Below, one piece after another: positions 30,977 to 40,015 of a stretch of DNA of 64,000 nt (within the stretch, counting starts at the first letter, position 1; every line of letters starts with the position of its first letter). Under the pieces are notes generated by a model that saw only the letters and a program-made list of their open reading frames with translations, searched no databases and was not told where the DNA came from. The DNA lies in NCBI GenBank assembly GCA_048594885.1, contig JBMDXB010000142.1, positions 2,148-66,147 of the forward strand. Reading direction: 5' to 3'. This stretch comes from Vicinamibacterales bacterium (lineage in GTDB: Bacteria > Acidobacteriota > Vicinamibacteria > Vicinamibacterales > 2-12-FULL-66-21). The position numbers and the translations under genes are program-made.

Positions 30977-31694
30977 CCGTTGCCACGAACGTCACTATGT
31001 GCGCGTCGCGTTTCCACGGCTCCGCGCAGTGGACGGCAAATCCCGTGGACCCGAACAGCTCCACGAGGTCGCGATAGGTGTAGGCCTGATGTGAACCGTG
31101 TCGCGTCTCGACACCATCGCTCGAGATGAACGTGTAGCCGATTTCGAGCTGCTGCGTCGTTTCATCGTACCGGTTCTCGACCAGCAGGTAGACGTCTTCC
31201 ACCTTCCACCATGGCCGATCCACGAGATGTTCGAGCAGGTTCTCGAGCACCATCGGCGTTTCCAGCACGAAACGGCCGCCCGGCTTCAGCGACGCACGTA
31301 CGGCACGCAGGAACTGTGCGTTGCCGGCCCGATCGAGATACCCAAAGCTGTTGCCGACACAGAACGCGCCGTCGAACCGCGCCGGCCACGGCAGATCTCG
31401 CATGTCGCGGTGCTCCCACGCGACCCGCTGTTGCTCGTCCTGCGCGCGTGCGTGATCGATGAACTCCCGCGACAGATCGACGCCAGTCAGATGAAAGCCG
31501 CGCCCGGCCATCGCCATCGAGACTCGGCCGCCGCCGCAAGGCACATCCAGAATTGCGGCTCCAGGTTCCACGCCGAGCAGACCGAGCAGCCGCTCCGCCT
31601 CGCTCTGCGTCGCCTCCTGCGGCACCGCCTTCAGCCACATGGATACGGCGATGCCCTCGAAGAAGCTCTCCCACCAATTCGATTGAACACTCAC
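30969..31694 (-). CDS. Class I SAM-dependent methyltransferase
   Basis: LDVPCGGGRVS motif I. GTG start at 31694 preceded by an AAAGGAG RBS. Confidence 0.65.
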   Translation of the reverse strand: MSVQSNWWESFFEGIAVSMWLKAVPQEATQSEAERLLGLLGVEPGAAILDVPCGGGRVSMAMAGRGFHLTGVDLSREFIDHARAQDEQQRVAWEHRDMRDLPWPARFDGAFCVGNSFGYLDRAGNAQFLRAVRASLKPGGRFVLETPMVLENLLEHLVDRPWWKVEDVYLLVENRYDETTQQLEIGYTFISSDGVETRHGSHQAYTYRDLVELFGSTGFAVHCAEPWKRDAHIVTFVATAT

Positions 31695-31799
31695 GACGGG
31701 TCTCCTTTTGCGCTCCGCACTCGAACGGACGCACACGTGGCGGGTGTTGGTGTTATTGGGAACAGGGAGACGACTAGAAGCGGACGGCGGTGCTCAGAG

Positions 31800-31880
31800 G
31801 CAGTTCCGGCCAAAGCATAACATCGCTTTGCGATCCGCGATCCGCGCTCCGCGATCAGCGATCCGCGATCAGCGATCCCC
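31800..31880. repeat. Tandem heptamer repeat (GCGATCC/GCGATCA)~8 without an obvious inverted partner
   Basis: cgatccgcgatccgcgctccgcgatcagcgatccgcgatcagcgatccccgat. Confidence 0.75.
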
Positions 31881-31882
31881 GA

Positions 31883-32692
31883 TTACAGATCCCGCCGCTG
31901 AAAGCGCCAGTAGGCTAGGGCCGCGAAAAGGGCGGTGGCCGCCCAGAGGACGATCAGGTTGCGCCAGATTGGCGCGGTGCCGGCGAGGATCGATGCGCCA
32001 GGGTAGTAACGGAACGGAGACAGCCACGCGATCGGCCGTACACGCGGCCAGACGATCGCCAGGAAATCGATCAAATACATCGCGATTGTCGTCAGCGCCG
32101 CCACCGTGAACGCGACGCTCCATCGCTTCGCCCCGGCGGCGACGGCGAGGCCGAACGCCGCGCAGCACCATGCGAGGCTCGCCATGTGCGCGATGAGGAG
32201 GAAGATCGTCCAGGCTCGCGGCCACGCCGCGACGGACGGTGCGAACACGTTGAGGCCGGCGGCGGTGCCGGCGGCCATGGCCGAGACCAGCAGGACGACG
32301 GTCGCTGTGGACAGCAGCAGCGACCGCGTGATGACGCGACGTCGTGGCAGCGGGCGCGCGAGCAGCAGATCGACGCGTCCGCTCTCCACGTCGTGCGCCG
32401 GCTCGGTCGCGAAGTACATGGCCGCCAGCGTCACGACCATGACGACCAGCGGGTGGAAATAGCCGAACGCAACCATGCCCTGGAACGACGCCAGCCAGAG
32501 CGCCTGCTCGCCGAGTCCCCGCTGCAGGAACGCCGGGAGGAACTCCGCCATGCGCCCGAACGACAGCGTCGATTCCATCGTCGCCGCCTGTCCCGCCAGC
32601 AGGAACTGGAATCCGCCGACGACAGCGGTGCACGCGACGAGCGCGTACCACGCCTGACCGGCGGAGCGCTGGATCAGCGTCAGCAGTCTCAC
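31883..32692 (-). CDS. ABC-2 type transporter permease
   Basis: 6-TM hydrophobic protein. GTG start (VRLLTLIQRS) 9 nt after the ATPase stop. Confidence 0.7.
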   Translation of the reverse strand: MRLLTLIQRSAGQAWYALVACTAVVGGFQFLLAGQAATMESTLSFGRMAEFLPAFLQRGLGEQALWLASFQGMVAFGYFHPLVVMVVTLAAMYFATEPAHDVESGRVDLLLARPLPRRRVITRSLLLSTATVVLLVSAMAAGTAAGLNVFAPSVAAWPRAWTIFLLIAHMASLAWCCAAFGLAVAAGAKRWSVAFTVAALTTIAMYLIDFLAIVWPRVRPIAWLSPFRYYPGASILAGTAPIWRNLIVLWAATALFAALAYWRFQRRDL

Positions 32693-32700
32693 AGTGGTCC

Positions 32701-33612
32701 TCAGTGCACCGTCGCGGCGGGCGGCGCGTACATCTGCCGGACGTATTCTTCGAGCTTGAACGCCTCGATCTCGAGGTCCGCGACGGGCAGCGGCGCGAGC
32801 GTGGCCAGGAGCGGCCCGACAGGTCCCTGCATTTCGACGATCCAGCGCTGTGGCGTGCGTTCGATGATGCGCAGCCCGTCGATCGAGAGGTCCGGCGGCA
32901 CGGCACGCGTGAAGTGAATCGTCACGCGGCGCGGTGATTTGCGGCGCAGTTCCTCGATCGTGTCGACCGCCACCAGGCGGCCCGCACGGATCAGTGCAAC
33001 GCGTTCGCACATGACCTCGACCTCGGCGAGCACGTGCGACGAGAGAAAGACGGTCGTGTGTCCGCCGCGCTTCAGATCCGCGAGCGTGTCGCGGAACGCC
33101 TGCACCATCAGCGGATCGAGCCCCGAGGTCGGCTCGTCGAGGATGACGACCGGCGGCTGCGCCATGAGCGCCTGGATGATGCCGATCTTCTGCTTCATCC
33201 CGTGCGACTGATCGCGCAGCTTGCGTCTGAGATCGACGTCGCTGACGTCGAACCGCTTCAGCAGCGCGGCGAGGTACGACGCATCGACGGCGCGGCCGTC
33301 GGCCTTCGCCAGGTACGTCAGGTAGCCGTGCGCGGTCAGATCCGGATAGATCGGCAGCTCGCCGGGCAGATATCCGATGCTTCGGCGCGCGTCGATGCTG
33401 GCGCGGTGACAGTCGGCGCCCATGATCGCCGCCGACCCGCGCGTGGGCCGCAGCAGGTCGAGCAGCAGCCGGATGGTCGTCGTCTTTCCCGCGCCATTCG
33501 GTCCCAGGAAGCCGTAGATCTCCCCTTCGGCGACCTCGAGCGTGAGATCTTCGACACCGACGACCGGACCGTAGTACTTGGTCAGCCCGTTGGTGCGGAT
33601 GGCGGCTGCCAT
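32701..33612 (-). CDS. ABC transporter ATP-binding protein
   Basis: GPNGAGKTT, LSGGMKQK-like (SHGMKQK) and ILDEPTSGLD motifs. Confidence 0.85.
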   Translation of the reverse strand: MAAAIRTNGLTKYYGPVVGVEDLTLEVAEGEIYGFLGPNGAGKTTTIRLLLDLLRPTRGSAAIMGADCHRASIDARRSIGYLPGELPIYPDLTAHGYLTYLAKADGRAVDASYLAALLKRFDVSDVDLRRKLRDQSHGMKQKIGIIQALMAQPPVVILDEPTSGLDPLMVQAFRDTLADLKRGGHTTVFLSSHVLAEVEVMCERVALIRAGRLVAVDTIEELRRKSPRRVTIHFTRAVPPDLSIDGLRIIERTPQRWIVEMQGPVGPLLATLAPLPVADLEIEAFKLEEYVRQMYAPPAATVH

Positions 33613-33773
33613 CAATTGTCCCGGGGGACTTCGTCCCCCGGACCCCCTCGCGCCGTCGCTCGCGGGGACCCCCATGCCCCGCTCCGCTCCGGCGGGGCGC
33701 GCCTGTGGCGCGCCTACCGTAATGCCGCACGCTGTCAACGAGTTCAGAATCCTTGTTGCAGTCGGCATGGCGT

Positions 33774-34862
33774 TCAACGCCGCGTCCTGGCGAGCGCGCG
33801 CAGCGCGCCGAGCAGCGCGTCAGCCGCAGGGTTTGCCGTGCCCTGACCGGTAATCAGGATCTCGCCGTCCTGCCGCGGCAGCTCGAACGTATCGGCCGCC
33901 ACCGTCGCGACGACGGACCGGTTGAGCAGCTTGTAGGACACTGAGTACGGCTGCTTCAGGAACGTGCCGCTCGCGGCGAACTCCTGGATGCGGAAGTCAG
34001 CCGCATCGACGACCAGCCGCGACTGCGTGAGGTCCAGCATCGCGTTCAGGTTCGCGGTGTTCACCTGTGGCATCTCGATCACGTACTGCTTGCCCTGGGG
34101 CGTCTCCACTTCCTGCAGCAGCTGCTGACCGCTGGACTGCATCATCGCGATCGACGTCTCGAGATAGAGACGCTCCAGCTCGGGGAGCGTCGGCACATCG
34201 GTGGCCGGCACGGAGAACTCGAACCGGCAATACCGATCGTCGACCCGCATCAGCGACACACGCGTCCGCGCGATCGGATCCTGGGCGATCGACGTCAGCA
34301 GCCGCCCGTCCTGGCTGTACGACGCGAACTTGAACCGTCCCCGCGTGTCGTGATCGATCGCCTGCCGAATCCGGTAGGTACCGTTGGCATCGTCCGGCAT
34401 CAGGTCGCGCGGCATGCCGTCGAGTACGAGCTCGTACTCTCTGAGCTCGACGCCACGCTCGGCGGCCGACAGCGTGCTTGCCGATTTCGACAGGATCTCC
34501 GCCGCCGACACCGTCTCCGGACCGCGTACCGCGGGCACGATGAATACGAGCGCGACGACCGCGGCAACGACCGCCGCGGCGCTCCAGCCGGCACGTTGCC
34601 AGATCGGACGCGGCGTGACGTCGCGAAGCCGCGTCGCGCCTGCGGCCGGCTGCCCGGCGAGAATCGCGCGCTCGATACGCCCGGCCGCCGCGGACGGCAC
34701 GGCCGTCCGCTCCGCGATCGCATGCTCGAGCGCCGCCAGGCGGCGCCGCCGCTCGTCGACGAGCTCCTTGCACCGCCGGCATTCGGCGGCATGGGCCATG
34801 GCATCGGCCGGCGCTTCGTTGTCGGCCGCCGCTTGAATTTCGACATCAGTCAGACATCTCAT
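33774..34862 (-). CDS. Anti-sigma factor (zf-HC2, single TM)
   Basis: MRCLTDVEIQAAADNE ... HAAECRRCKELV with one TM helix. Start ATG overlaps the sigma gene stop (ATGA). Confidence 0.65.
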   Translation of the reverse strand: MRCLTDVEIQAAADNEAPADAMAHAAECRRCKELVDERRRRLAALEHAIAERTAVPSAAAGRIERAILAGQPAAGATRLRDVTPRPIWQRAGWSAAAVVAAVVALVFIVPAVRGPETVSAAEILSKSASTLSAAERGVELREYELVLDGMPRDLMPDDANGTYRIRQAIDHDTRGRFKFASYSQDGRLLTSIAQDPIARTRVSLMRVDDRYCRFEFSVPATDVPTLPELERLYLETSIAMMQSSGQQLLQEVETPQGKQYVIEMPQVNTANLNAMLDLTQSRLVVDAADFRIQEFAASGTFLKQPYSVSYKLLNRSVVATVAADTFELPRQDGEILITGQGTANPAADALLGALRALARTRR

Positions 34863-35386
34863 GACGACGATCTCCCGTACGCGTGAGAAAGGTTGGCGCC
34901 GGCCGCGTATGCGCGCTCCCAACGCTCGAGCGCTCGCGCGAGCAGCCGTCCGACCGAGGAGGGCCTGATACGAGATGCGGCGGCGATCTCGCGATATGTC
35001 AGCCCTTGCGCGCGCAACGCGACCAGCAATCGATCGCGCCGCGAGAGTTTCCGCAGCGCATCGCGCACCGCCTGAAGATGACCGTCCTCGTCGCGCAACG
35101 CCGGCGGCGCGACCTGCGGATCGTGCTCCGCGGACCACGGCATCCACCGGTTCCGCCGCCGCATGCGATCGGTGCACGCGTGCGCGGCAACGGTGAACAG
35201 CCAGGCGCGCAAGTTGTCCGCCGCGCCACCGCCGTTGAGATGGCCGAGCAGCTTCAGGTAGGTCTCCTGAACGACGTCCTCGGCATCCTGATGGTGCCGC
35301 AGCACCACGAGTGCGAATCGATACAGCGCTCCGCCGTGCTGCTCGAACAGCGTCAAGACCTCGCGACGCGCGCTGTCAGGCTCCAT
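34859..35386 (-). CDS. RNA polymerase ECF-type sigma-70 factor
   Basis: Region 2 (YRFALVVLRHHQDAEDVVQETYLKL) and region 4 (LTYREIAAASRIRPSSVGRLLARA). Confidence 0.85.
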   Translation of the reverse strand: MEPDSARREVLTLFEQHGGALYRFALVVLRHHQDAEDVVQETYLKLLGHLNGGGAADNLRAWLFTVAAHACTDRMRRRNRWMPWSAEHDPQVAPPALRDEDGHLQAVRDALRKLSRRDRLLVALRAQGLTYREIAAASRIRPSSVGRLLARALERWERAYAAGANLSHAYGRSSS

Positions 35387-35468
35387 TCATGCCTCTCGGC
35401 CGGACGTCTATATAACGCGCCGGACCATCCGTTTGTGACAGCCGGCTGACGGGGGAATAATCCCACGC

Positions 35469-35915
35469 ATGGACGCATTTCTCGACGCCGCGATCGCAGA
35501 GGCGGAGGCCGGCCTCCGTGAGGGCGGGATTCCAATCGGGTCGGTCATCGTCCATCGGGGGCGCATCATCGGGCGAGGCCACAACCGTCGCGTGCAGCAA
35601 GGAAGCGCGATCCTCCATGGCGAGATGGATGCGCTCGAGAAGGCCGGCCGGCAGCCGGCGGCCGTGTATCGCGAATGCGTCCTCTACACGACGCTGTCGC
35701 CCTGCGCGATGTGCACGGGCGCGATCCTGCTCTACGGCATCCCGACCGTCATCGTCGGCGAGAACCGGACGTTCATGGGCGAGGAGGAGCTGCTGCGGTC
35801 ACGCGGCGTGTCAGTGGAGGTACGGCAGGACCCGCGCTGCATCCGGATGATGGAGGGGTTCATCGCAGCGCATCCGAAGTTGTGGAATGAAGATATAGGC
35901 GTCCCTGGTCCCTAG
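35469..35915 (+). CDS. Nucleoside (cytosine-type, Fcy1-like) deaminase, CMP/dCMP deaminase zinc-binding fold
   Basis: HGEMDALE ... SPCAMCTGA zinc ligands. The C-terminus ...WNEDIG resembles yeast Fcy1. Confidence 0.75.
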   Translation: MDAFLDAAIAEAEAGLREGGIPIGSVIVHRGRIIGRGHNRRVQQGSAILHGEMDALEKAGRQPAAVYRECVLYTTLSPCAMCTGAILLYGIPTVIVGENRTFMGEEELLRSRGVSVEVRQDPRCIRMMEGFIAAHPKLWNEDIGVPGP

Positions 35916-36243
35916 TCCCTGGTCACGGGTCCCCGGTCACGGGTCCCCGGTCACGGGTCCCGGGTCACGGGTCCCGAGTCCCCCCGGTCACGGGTCCCGA
36001 GTCCCCCCGGTCACGGGTCCCGAGTCCCCACGGTCACGGGTCCCGAGTCCCCACGGTCACGGGTCCCGGCTCGTGACGAGGGACGTGACCTGTGACCAGG
36101 GACCTGTGACCTGTGACCAGGGACCTGTGACCTGTGACCAGGGACCTGTGACCAGTGACCAGTGACCAGTGACCAGGGACCAGGGACTAGGGACCAGGGA
36201 CTAGGGACCAGGGACCAGGGACTAGGGACCAGGGACCAGGGAC
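35901..36243. repeat. Largest heptamer palindromic minisatellite (~340 bp): (GGTCACGGGTCCCC)n ... (GTGACCAGGGACC)n between convergent genes
   Basis: At least 12 14-bp double units on the left and their reverse complements on the right. It exactly fills the gap between the deaminase stop (35915) and the lysC stop (36252). Confidence 0.9.
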
Positions 36244-36251
36244 GCGCGTGT

Positions 36252-37553
36252 CTACGGCACCGGCTGCGGTTCGCGCTCGATGAACGTGCGGTGCAGCGCT
36301 TTCACCGCCTCGTCCACGCCGCCGCGATCGATCAGCCATGTCGTCCGGAACGATGACGTCGACAGACCGCGCGTGGCGATACCGGCGCCGTCCAACGTCG
36401 ACGTCCCTCGGCGGACAGTCTCGTGGCTCGCGTTGATTCCCGCGCCGACGACGCTCACGGCGCCGAGACCGTCGAGCAGCCGTACGCCGTCGCTGAAGGC
36501 GGTGCTCAGCTCAGCGCGCACGCGCGGCTCGTCGTGCAGGTTCTCGCGCGAGACGATGAGCGTGACGCCGTCGCCAGGCGCGCCGTACGACGCGACGTGG
36601 AGCTGCTTCCCGGCGACGCTGCGGGCGTCGAGCATTTCCAGCAGCCGGGTGGCGTTGCCCGCGGCCTGCAGCACGATCACGTCCTTCTCGCTCGCCACGC
36701 CGACGACCGTTCCCGGCGGGCGTGGCGCGAACTTGCGGACGACGGTCCCATCCGCCGACGGATCCGCTCCGGGCAGCGGCGCCGACGTCGCGCGCGCGTA
36801 GATCGCGATGCCGGCCTGCTTGGCGAACTCCACCGCCTGCGCGTTGAGCACCTTCGCGCCCGACTCGGCGAGCTCCTGCGTCTCCTCGTACGACAGCACG
36901 CCGATCCGCTGCGCGCCGTTGACGACGCGGGGGTCCGCCGTATAGACGCCGTCGACATCGGAGCAGATCTCGCACCACTCCGCGCCGAGCGCCGCGGCCA
37001 TCGCCACCGCCGTCGTGTCGCTGCCGCCGCGGCCCAGCGTCGTCACCTCTCGCCGGTACGAGACGCCCTGGTAGCCGGCGACGACGACGACGCGGCCGCG
37101 AGCGAGCTCGTCCTGCACGCGGAAGGGGCGCACTTCGATGATTCGCGCGTCGATGTGGCGATCGTTGGTGATGATGCCCGACTGGCTGCCGGTGAAGCTG
37201 ATGGCGTCCCCACCGAGCTCGCGGATGGCAATCGAGAGCAGCGCCATCGCGATCCGCTCGCCGGCGGAGAGGAGCATGTCAAGCTCCCGGCGATCCGGAT
37301 TCGGGGAGATCTTCTTGGCGAGGGCGAGGAGTTCGTCGGTGGTGTGGCCCATGGCGGAAACGACGACCACGACGTCGTGGCCCTCCCGCCTGGTGCGCAT
37401 CACCCGTTCGGCGACCTGACGGATCTTGTCCGAATCCGCGACGCTGGTGCCGCCGTATTTCTGGACGACTGTCGACACGCCGTTCGCTCCAGCAATCACC
37501 ATACCGCCGTCTGCGGTCGGGGGTACCAGGAGAACGGGAGAAAGGGGAGACAT
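36252..37553 (-). CDS. lysC: Aspartate kinase
   Basis: [10 protein letters not shown] ... [15 protein letters not shown] with tandem ACT domains. The start is uncertain between 37553 (ATG), 37502 (ATG) and 37571 (TTG). Confidence 0.85.
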   Translation of the reverse strand: MSPLSPVLLVPPTADGGMVIAGANGVSTVVQKYGGTSVADSDKIRQVAERVMRTRREGHDVVVVVSAMGHTTDELLALAKKISPNPDRRELDMLLSAGERIAMALLSIAIRELGGDAISFTGSQSGIITNDRHIDARIIEVRPFRVQDELARGRVVVVAGYQGVSYRREVTTLGRGGSDTTAVAMAAALGAEWCEICSDVDGVYTADPRVVNGAQRIGVLSYEETQELAESGAKVLNAQAVEFAKQAGIAIYARATSAPLPGADPSADGTVVRKFAPRPPGTVVGVASEKDVIVLQAAGNATRLLEMLDARSVAGKQLHVASYGAPGDGVTLIVSRENLHDEPRVRAELSTAFSDGVRLLDGLGAVSVVGAGINASHETVRRGTSTLDGAGIATRGLSTSSFRTTWLIDRGGVDEAVKALHRTFIEREPQPVP

Positions 37554-37652
37554 GTACCTTTTCTCAGACAAGAAGAAAAAGAGTTCTCCCTTCCTCCCCT
37601 TCTCCTGCTATACCCAGCGGTCGTGTAGATTACTGGCGCGAAAGGCGGTCAC

Positions 37653-38264
37653 ATGGGCGTTCTGCGACGGTGGTTCGGGCCGAGCAAGGAAGAGATCTGG
37701 CGGCAGCTCAGTGAGCGGATCGGCGGCCGCTACGTCGAGTCGCGGCTGCTGAAAGGCGACCGCGTCGAAGCGTCGCACGGCGACTGGACGGTCACGCTCG
37801 ACAGCTACGCGGTTTCCACCGGCAAGGTGACGGTGGTGTACACGCGGCTGCGCGCCCCGTATGTGAATCCGACCGGCTTCCGCTTCACGGTCTACCGCAA
37901 GAGCCTCTTCAGCGGCCTGGGGAAGCTGTTCGGCATGGAGGACATCGAGATCGGCGACCCGCAGTTCGACGAGAAGTTCATCATCAAAGGCACCGACGAC
38001 TCGCTCGTGCGCCAGTTGCTGTCGAATCCGAAAGTCCGCGAGCTGATGGCGCAGCAGCCGGACATCAACTTCAGCGTCAAGGACGACGAGGGCTGGTTCG
38101 GGCCGAAGTTTCCGGAGGGCGTGGACGAACTGCATTTCGTCGCCACGGGCATCATCAAGGACCTCGAGCGCCTGAGGCTGCTCTACGAGCTGTTCGCCGA
38201 GACGCTCGACGAATTGTGCCGGATGGGATCGGCCTACGAAGGATCCGTCGAGGTGAAGCTCTGA
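37653..38264 (+). CDS. Hypothetical protein (soluble, conserved-looking)
   Basis: 203 aa with good coding periodicity, divergent from lysC. Confidence 0.5.
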   Translation: MGVLRRWFGPSKEEIWRQLSERIGGRYVESRLLKGDRVEASHGDWTVTLDSYAVSTGKVTVVYTRLRAPYVNPTGFRFTVYRKSLFSGLGKLFGMEDIEIGDPQFDEKFIIKGTDDSLVRQLLSNPKVRELMAQQPDINFSVKDDEGWFGPKFPEGVDELHFVATGIIKDLERLRLLYELFAETLDELCRMGSAYEGSVEVKL

Positions 38265-38274
38265 GGTGCGTGCG

Positions 38275-39363
38275 ATGACGAACAGACGCCGATCCTCCAT
38301 CCTGCTTGCGATTGTGCTCGCTGCCGCGTGCGCGGCACGGAGCGGCAAGCCGGCGGCGAGTCCCGCCGTCGCGCGCATCTTCCCCGGCGCGTCGTGGGAG
38401 ACGATCGCCGACCCGAAGACGGCGGGCTACTGTGCCGACAAGCTCGAGCTCGTCACCGCGCGCGCGAAGGAGCTCCCCACGACGGCGATGATGGCGGTCG
38501 CGGGCGGACGCGTGCTGTACGAGTACGGCGATGTCACCACGGTCAGCTATCTCGCTTCGGTGAGGAAGAGCGTGCTGGCGATGTTGTTCGGGAACTACGT
38601 CGCGAGCGGCAGAATTCGGCTCGACAAGACGCTCGCCGAGCTGAAGATCGACGACATCGGCGGCTTGTCGGACAGCGAGAAGGAAGCGACGATTGCCGAC
38701 CTGCTCGGCGCGCGTTCGGGCGTCTATCACCCGGCGTCGAACGCCGGCGACAACCTGGCCGACGCGCCGCCGCGCGGCTCGCAGAAGCACGGCACCCACT
38801 TCCTCTATTCCAACTGGGATTTCAACGCGCTCGGAACGATCTTCGAGCAGGAGACCGGGCAGAACATCTACGACGCGCTCGAGCGTGATCTCGCGCGGCC
38901 GATCGGCGTGCAGGAGTTCGATCGGTCGACGCACCGGCGCACCGGCGATTCGAAGCAGTCGATGCACCTCGCGTATCACATGAACTTCTCGACGCGCGAC
39001 ATGGCGCGGATCGGCTATCTCATGCTGCGCGAGGGCACCTGGAACGGCCAGCAGCTCGTGCCACGCGACTGGGCGAGGCGGATCGTCACTGCCGTCACGC
39101 GGGTGCATGAGATGAACCCGCCAGCCAACCGGAGGGGTCCCTTCGGCTACGGCTATCTGTGGTGGGTCTGGGACGGCCAGTTCGCCACAGGGCCGTTCGA
39201 GGGCGCGTACTCCGGCCGCGGCGCGATTGGGCAGTACATCACCGTCTTTCCCAAGCTCGATCTCGTCATCGCGCACAAGACGCGCCCCGGCCGCGGCTCG
39301 GTGTCGTGGGCGCAGTACATGGAACTCGTCGATCGGCTGATGGCCGCCAGGTGCATGAGCTGA
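38275..39363 (+). CDS. Serine hydrolase, beta-lactamase/PBP family
   Basis: Lipoprotein-like signal (LLAIVLAAACAARSG), a SxxK motif (SVRKS) and YSN. GAGG RBS before the ATG at 38275. Confidence 0.75.
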   Translation: MTNRRRSSILLAIVLAAACAARSGKPAASPAVARIFPGASWETIADPKTAGYCADKLELVTARAKELPTTAMMAVAGGRVLYEYGDVTTVSYLASVRKSVLAMLFGNYVASGRIRLDKTLAELKIDDIGGLSDSEKEATIADLLGARSGVYHPASNAGDNLADAPPRGSQKHGTHFLYSNWDFNALGTIFEQETGQNIYDALERDLARPIGVQEFDRSTHRRTGDSKQSMHLAYHMNFSTRDMARIGYLMLREGTWNGQQLVPRDWARRIVTAVTRVHEMNPPANRRGPFGYGYLWWVWDGQFATGPFEGAYSGRGAIGQYITVFPKLDLVIAHKTRPGRGSVSWAQYMELVDRLMAARCMS

Positions 39364-39373
39364 GGCGAAGTTG

Positions 39374-39508
39374 GCCACAGCGTTTTGACACGGAATACAC
39401 GGAGGACACGGAGGAAACGGAGGTCACGGAGACAAATATTCACTCTTCATTGAGAAACTACCAGAAGACTCCGTGTTCTCCGTGACCTCCGTGTTCAAAC
39501 GCTGTGTA
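39374..39508. repeat. Nonamer palindromic minisatellite (CACGGAGGA)4 ... (TCTCCGTGA)n with an AT-rich centre
   Basis: cacggaatacacggaggacacggaggaaacggaggtcacggagac ... gactccgtgttctccgtgacctccgtgttcaaacgctgtg, with outer arms cagcgttttgacacgg/ccgtgttcaaacgctg. Confidence 0.85.
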
Positions 39509-39527
39509 CCAAGTTGATTGGAGGACG

Positions 39528-39944
39528 ATGATCAGCACGCACAAGCTGCAGGTCACGACGCGAGGCCAGGGCGATACGCAGGACATCAGCGATCGGGTCG
39601 CCGCAGCCGTCGCGGAATCGGGCGTCTCGTCAGGAATCGCGACGGTGTTCGTCGTGGGCTCGACGGCGGGCGTCACGACGATTGAGTTCGAGCCGGGCGC
39701 CGTCTCCGACTTCAACGCGCTGATGGAGGAACTGGCGCCGCGCGGCGCCGACTACCGGCATCACCTCCGTTGGGGCGACGACAACGGGTCGAGCCACGTC
39801 CGCGCCGCGCTGCTCGGGCCGTCCCTGACGGTCCCGTTCGCCGGCGGACGCCTCCTTCTCGGCACCTGGCAGCAGATCGTGCTCGTCGAGTTCGACACCC
39901 GCGGGCGCCGGCGCGAGGTCGTCGTGCAGATCCTCGGCGACTGA
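39528..39944 (+). CDS. YjbQ/UPF0047 family secondary thiamine-phosphate synthase-like protein
   Basis: MISTHKLQVTTRGQGDTQDIS ... RHHLRWGDDNG ... LGTWQQIVLVEFD. Confidence 0.8.
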   Translation: MISTHKLQVTTRGQGDTQDISDRVAAAVAESGVSSGIATVFVVGSTAGVTTIEFEPGAVSDFNALMEELAPRGADYRHHLRWGDDNGSSHVRAALLGPSLTVPFAGGRLLLGTWQQIVLVEFDTRGRRREVVVQILGD

Positions 39945-40015
39945 GCGCAAGTTCTTTGCTTCTGATAAGATAGCGGCTCTCTCCCGATCTCGAATTGTCC
40001 GTGTGAGGAACGCTT

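Noticed and set aside
33609-33700. Hairpins CCGGGGGAC-ttc-GTCCCCCGG and GGCGCGCC-tgt-GGCGCGCC upstream of the ABC ATPase gene as a possible regulatory RNA.
   Set aside because: These are short GC palindromes of a kind expected by chance in 70% GC DNA. There is no conservation evidence, so they are probably just terminator or 5'-UTR structure after the anti-sigma gene.
35901-36243. Possibility that the tandem or inverted heptamer arrays are CRISPR arrays.
   Set aside because: The units are only 7-14 bp, directly abutting with no unique spacers. No cas genes are nearby. The architecture is array then inverted array, not repeat-spacer.
37554-37652. Lysine riboswitch (L-box) upstream of lysC.
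   Set aside because: The leader is about 100 nt, too short for the ~180-nt L-box. The conserved L-box helices and motifs are not recognisable, and only a purine/pyrimidine hairpin is seen.
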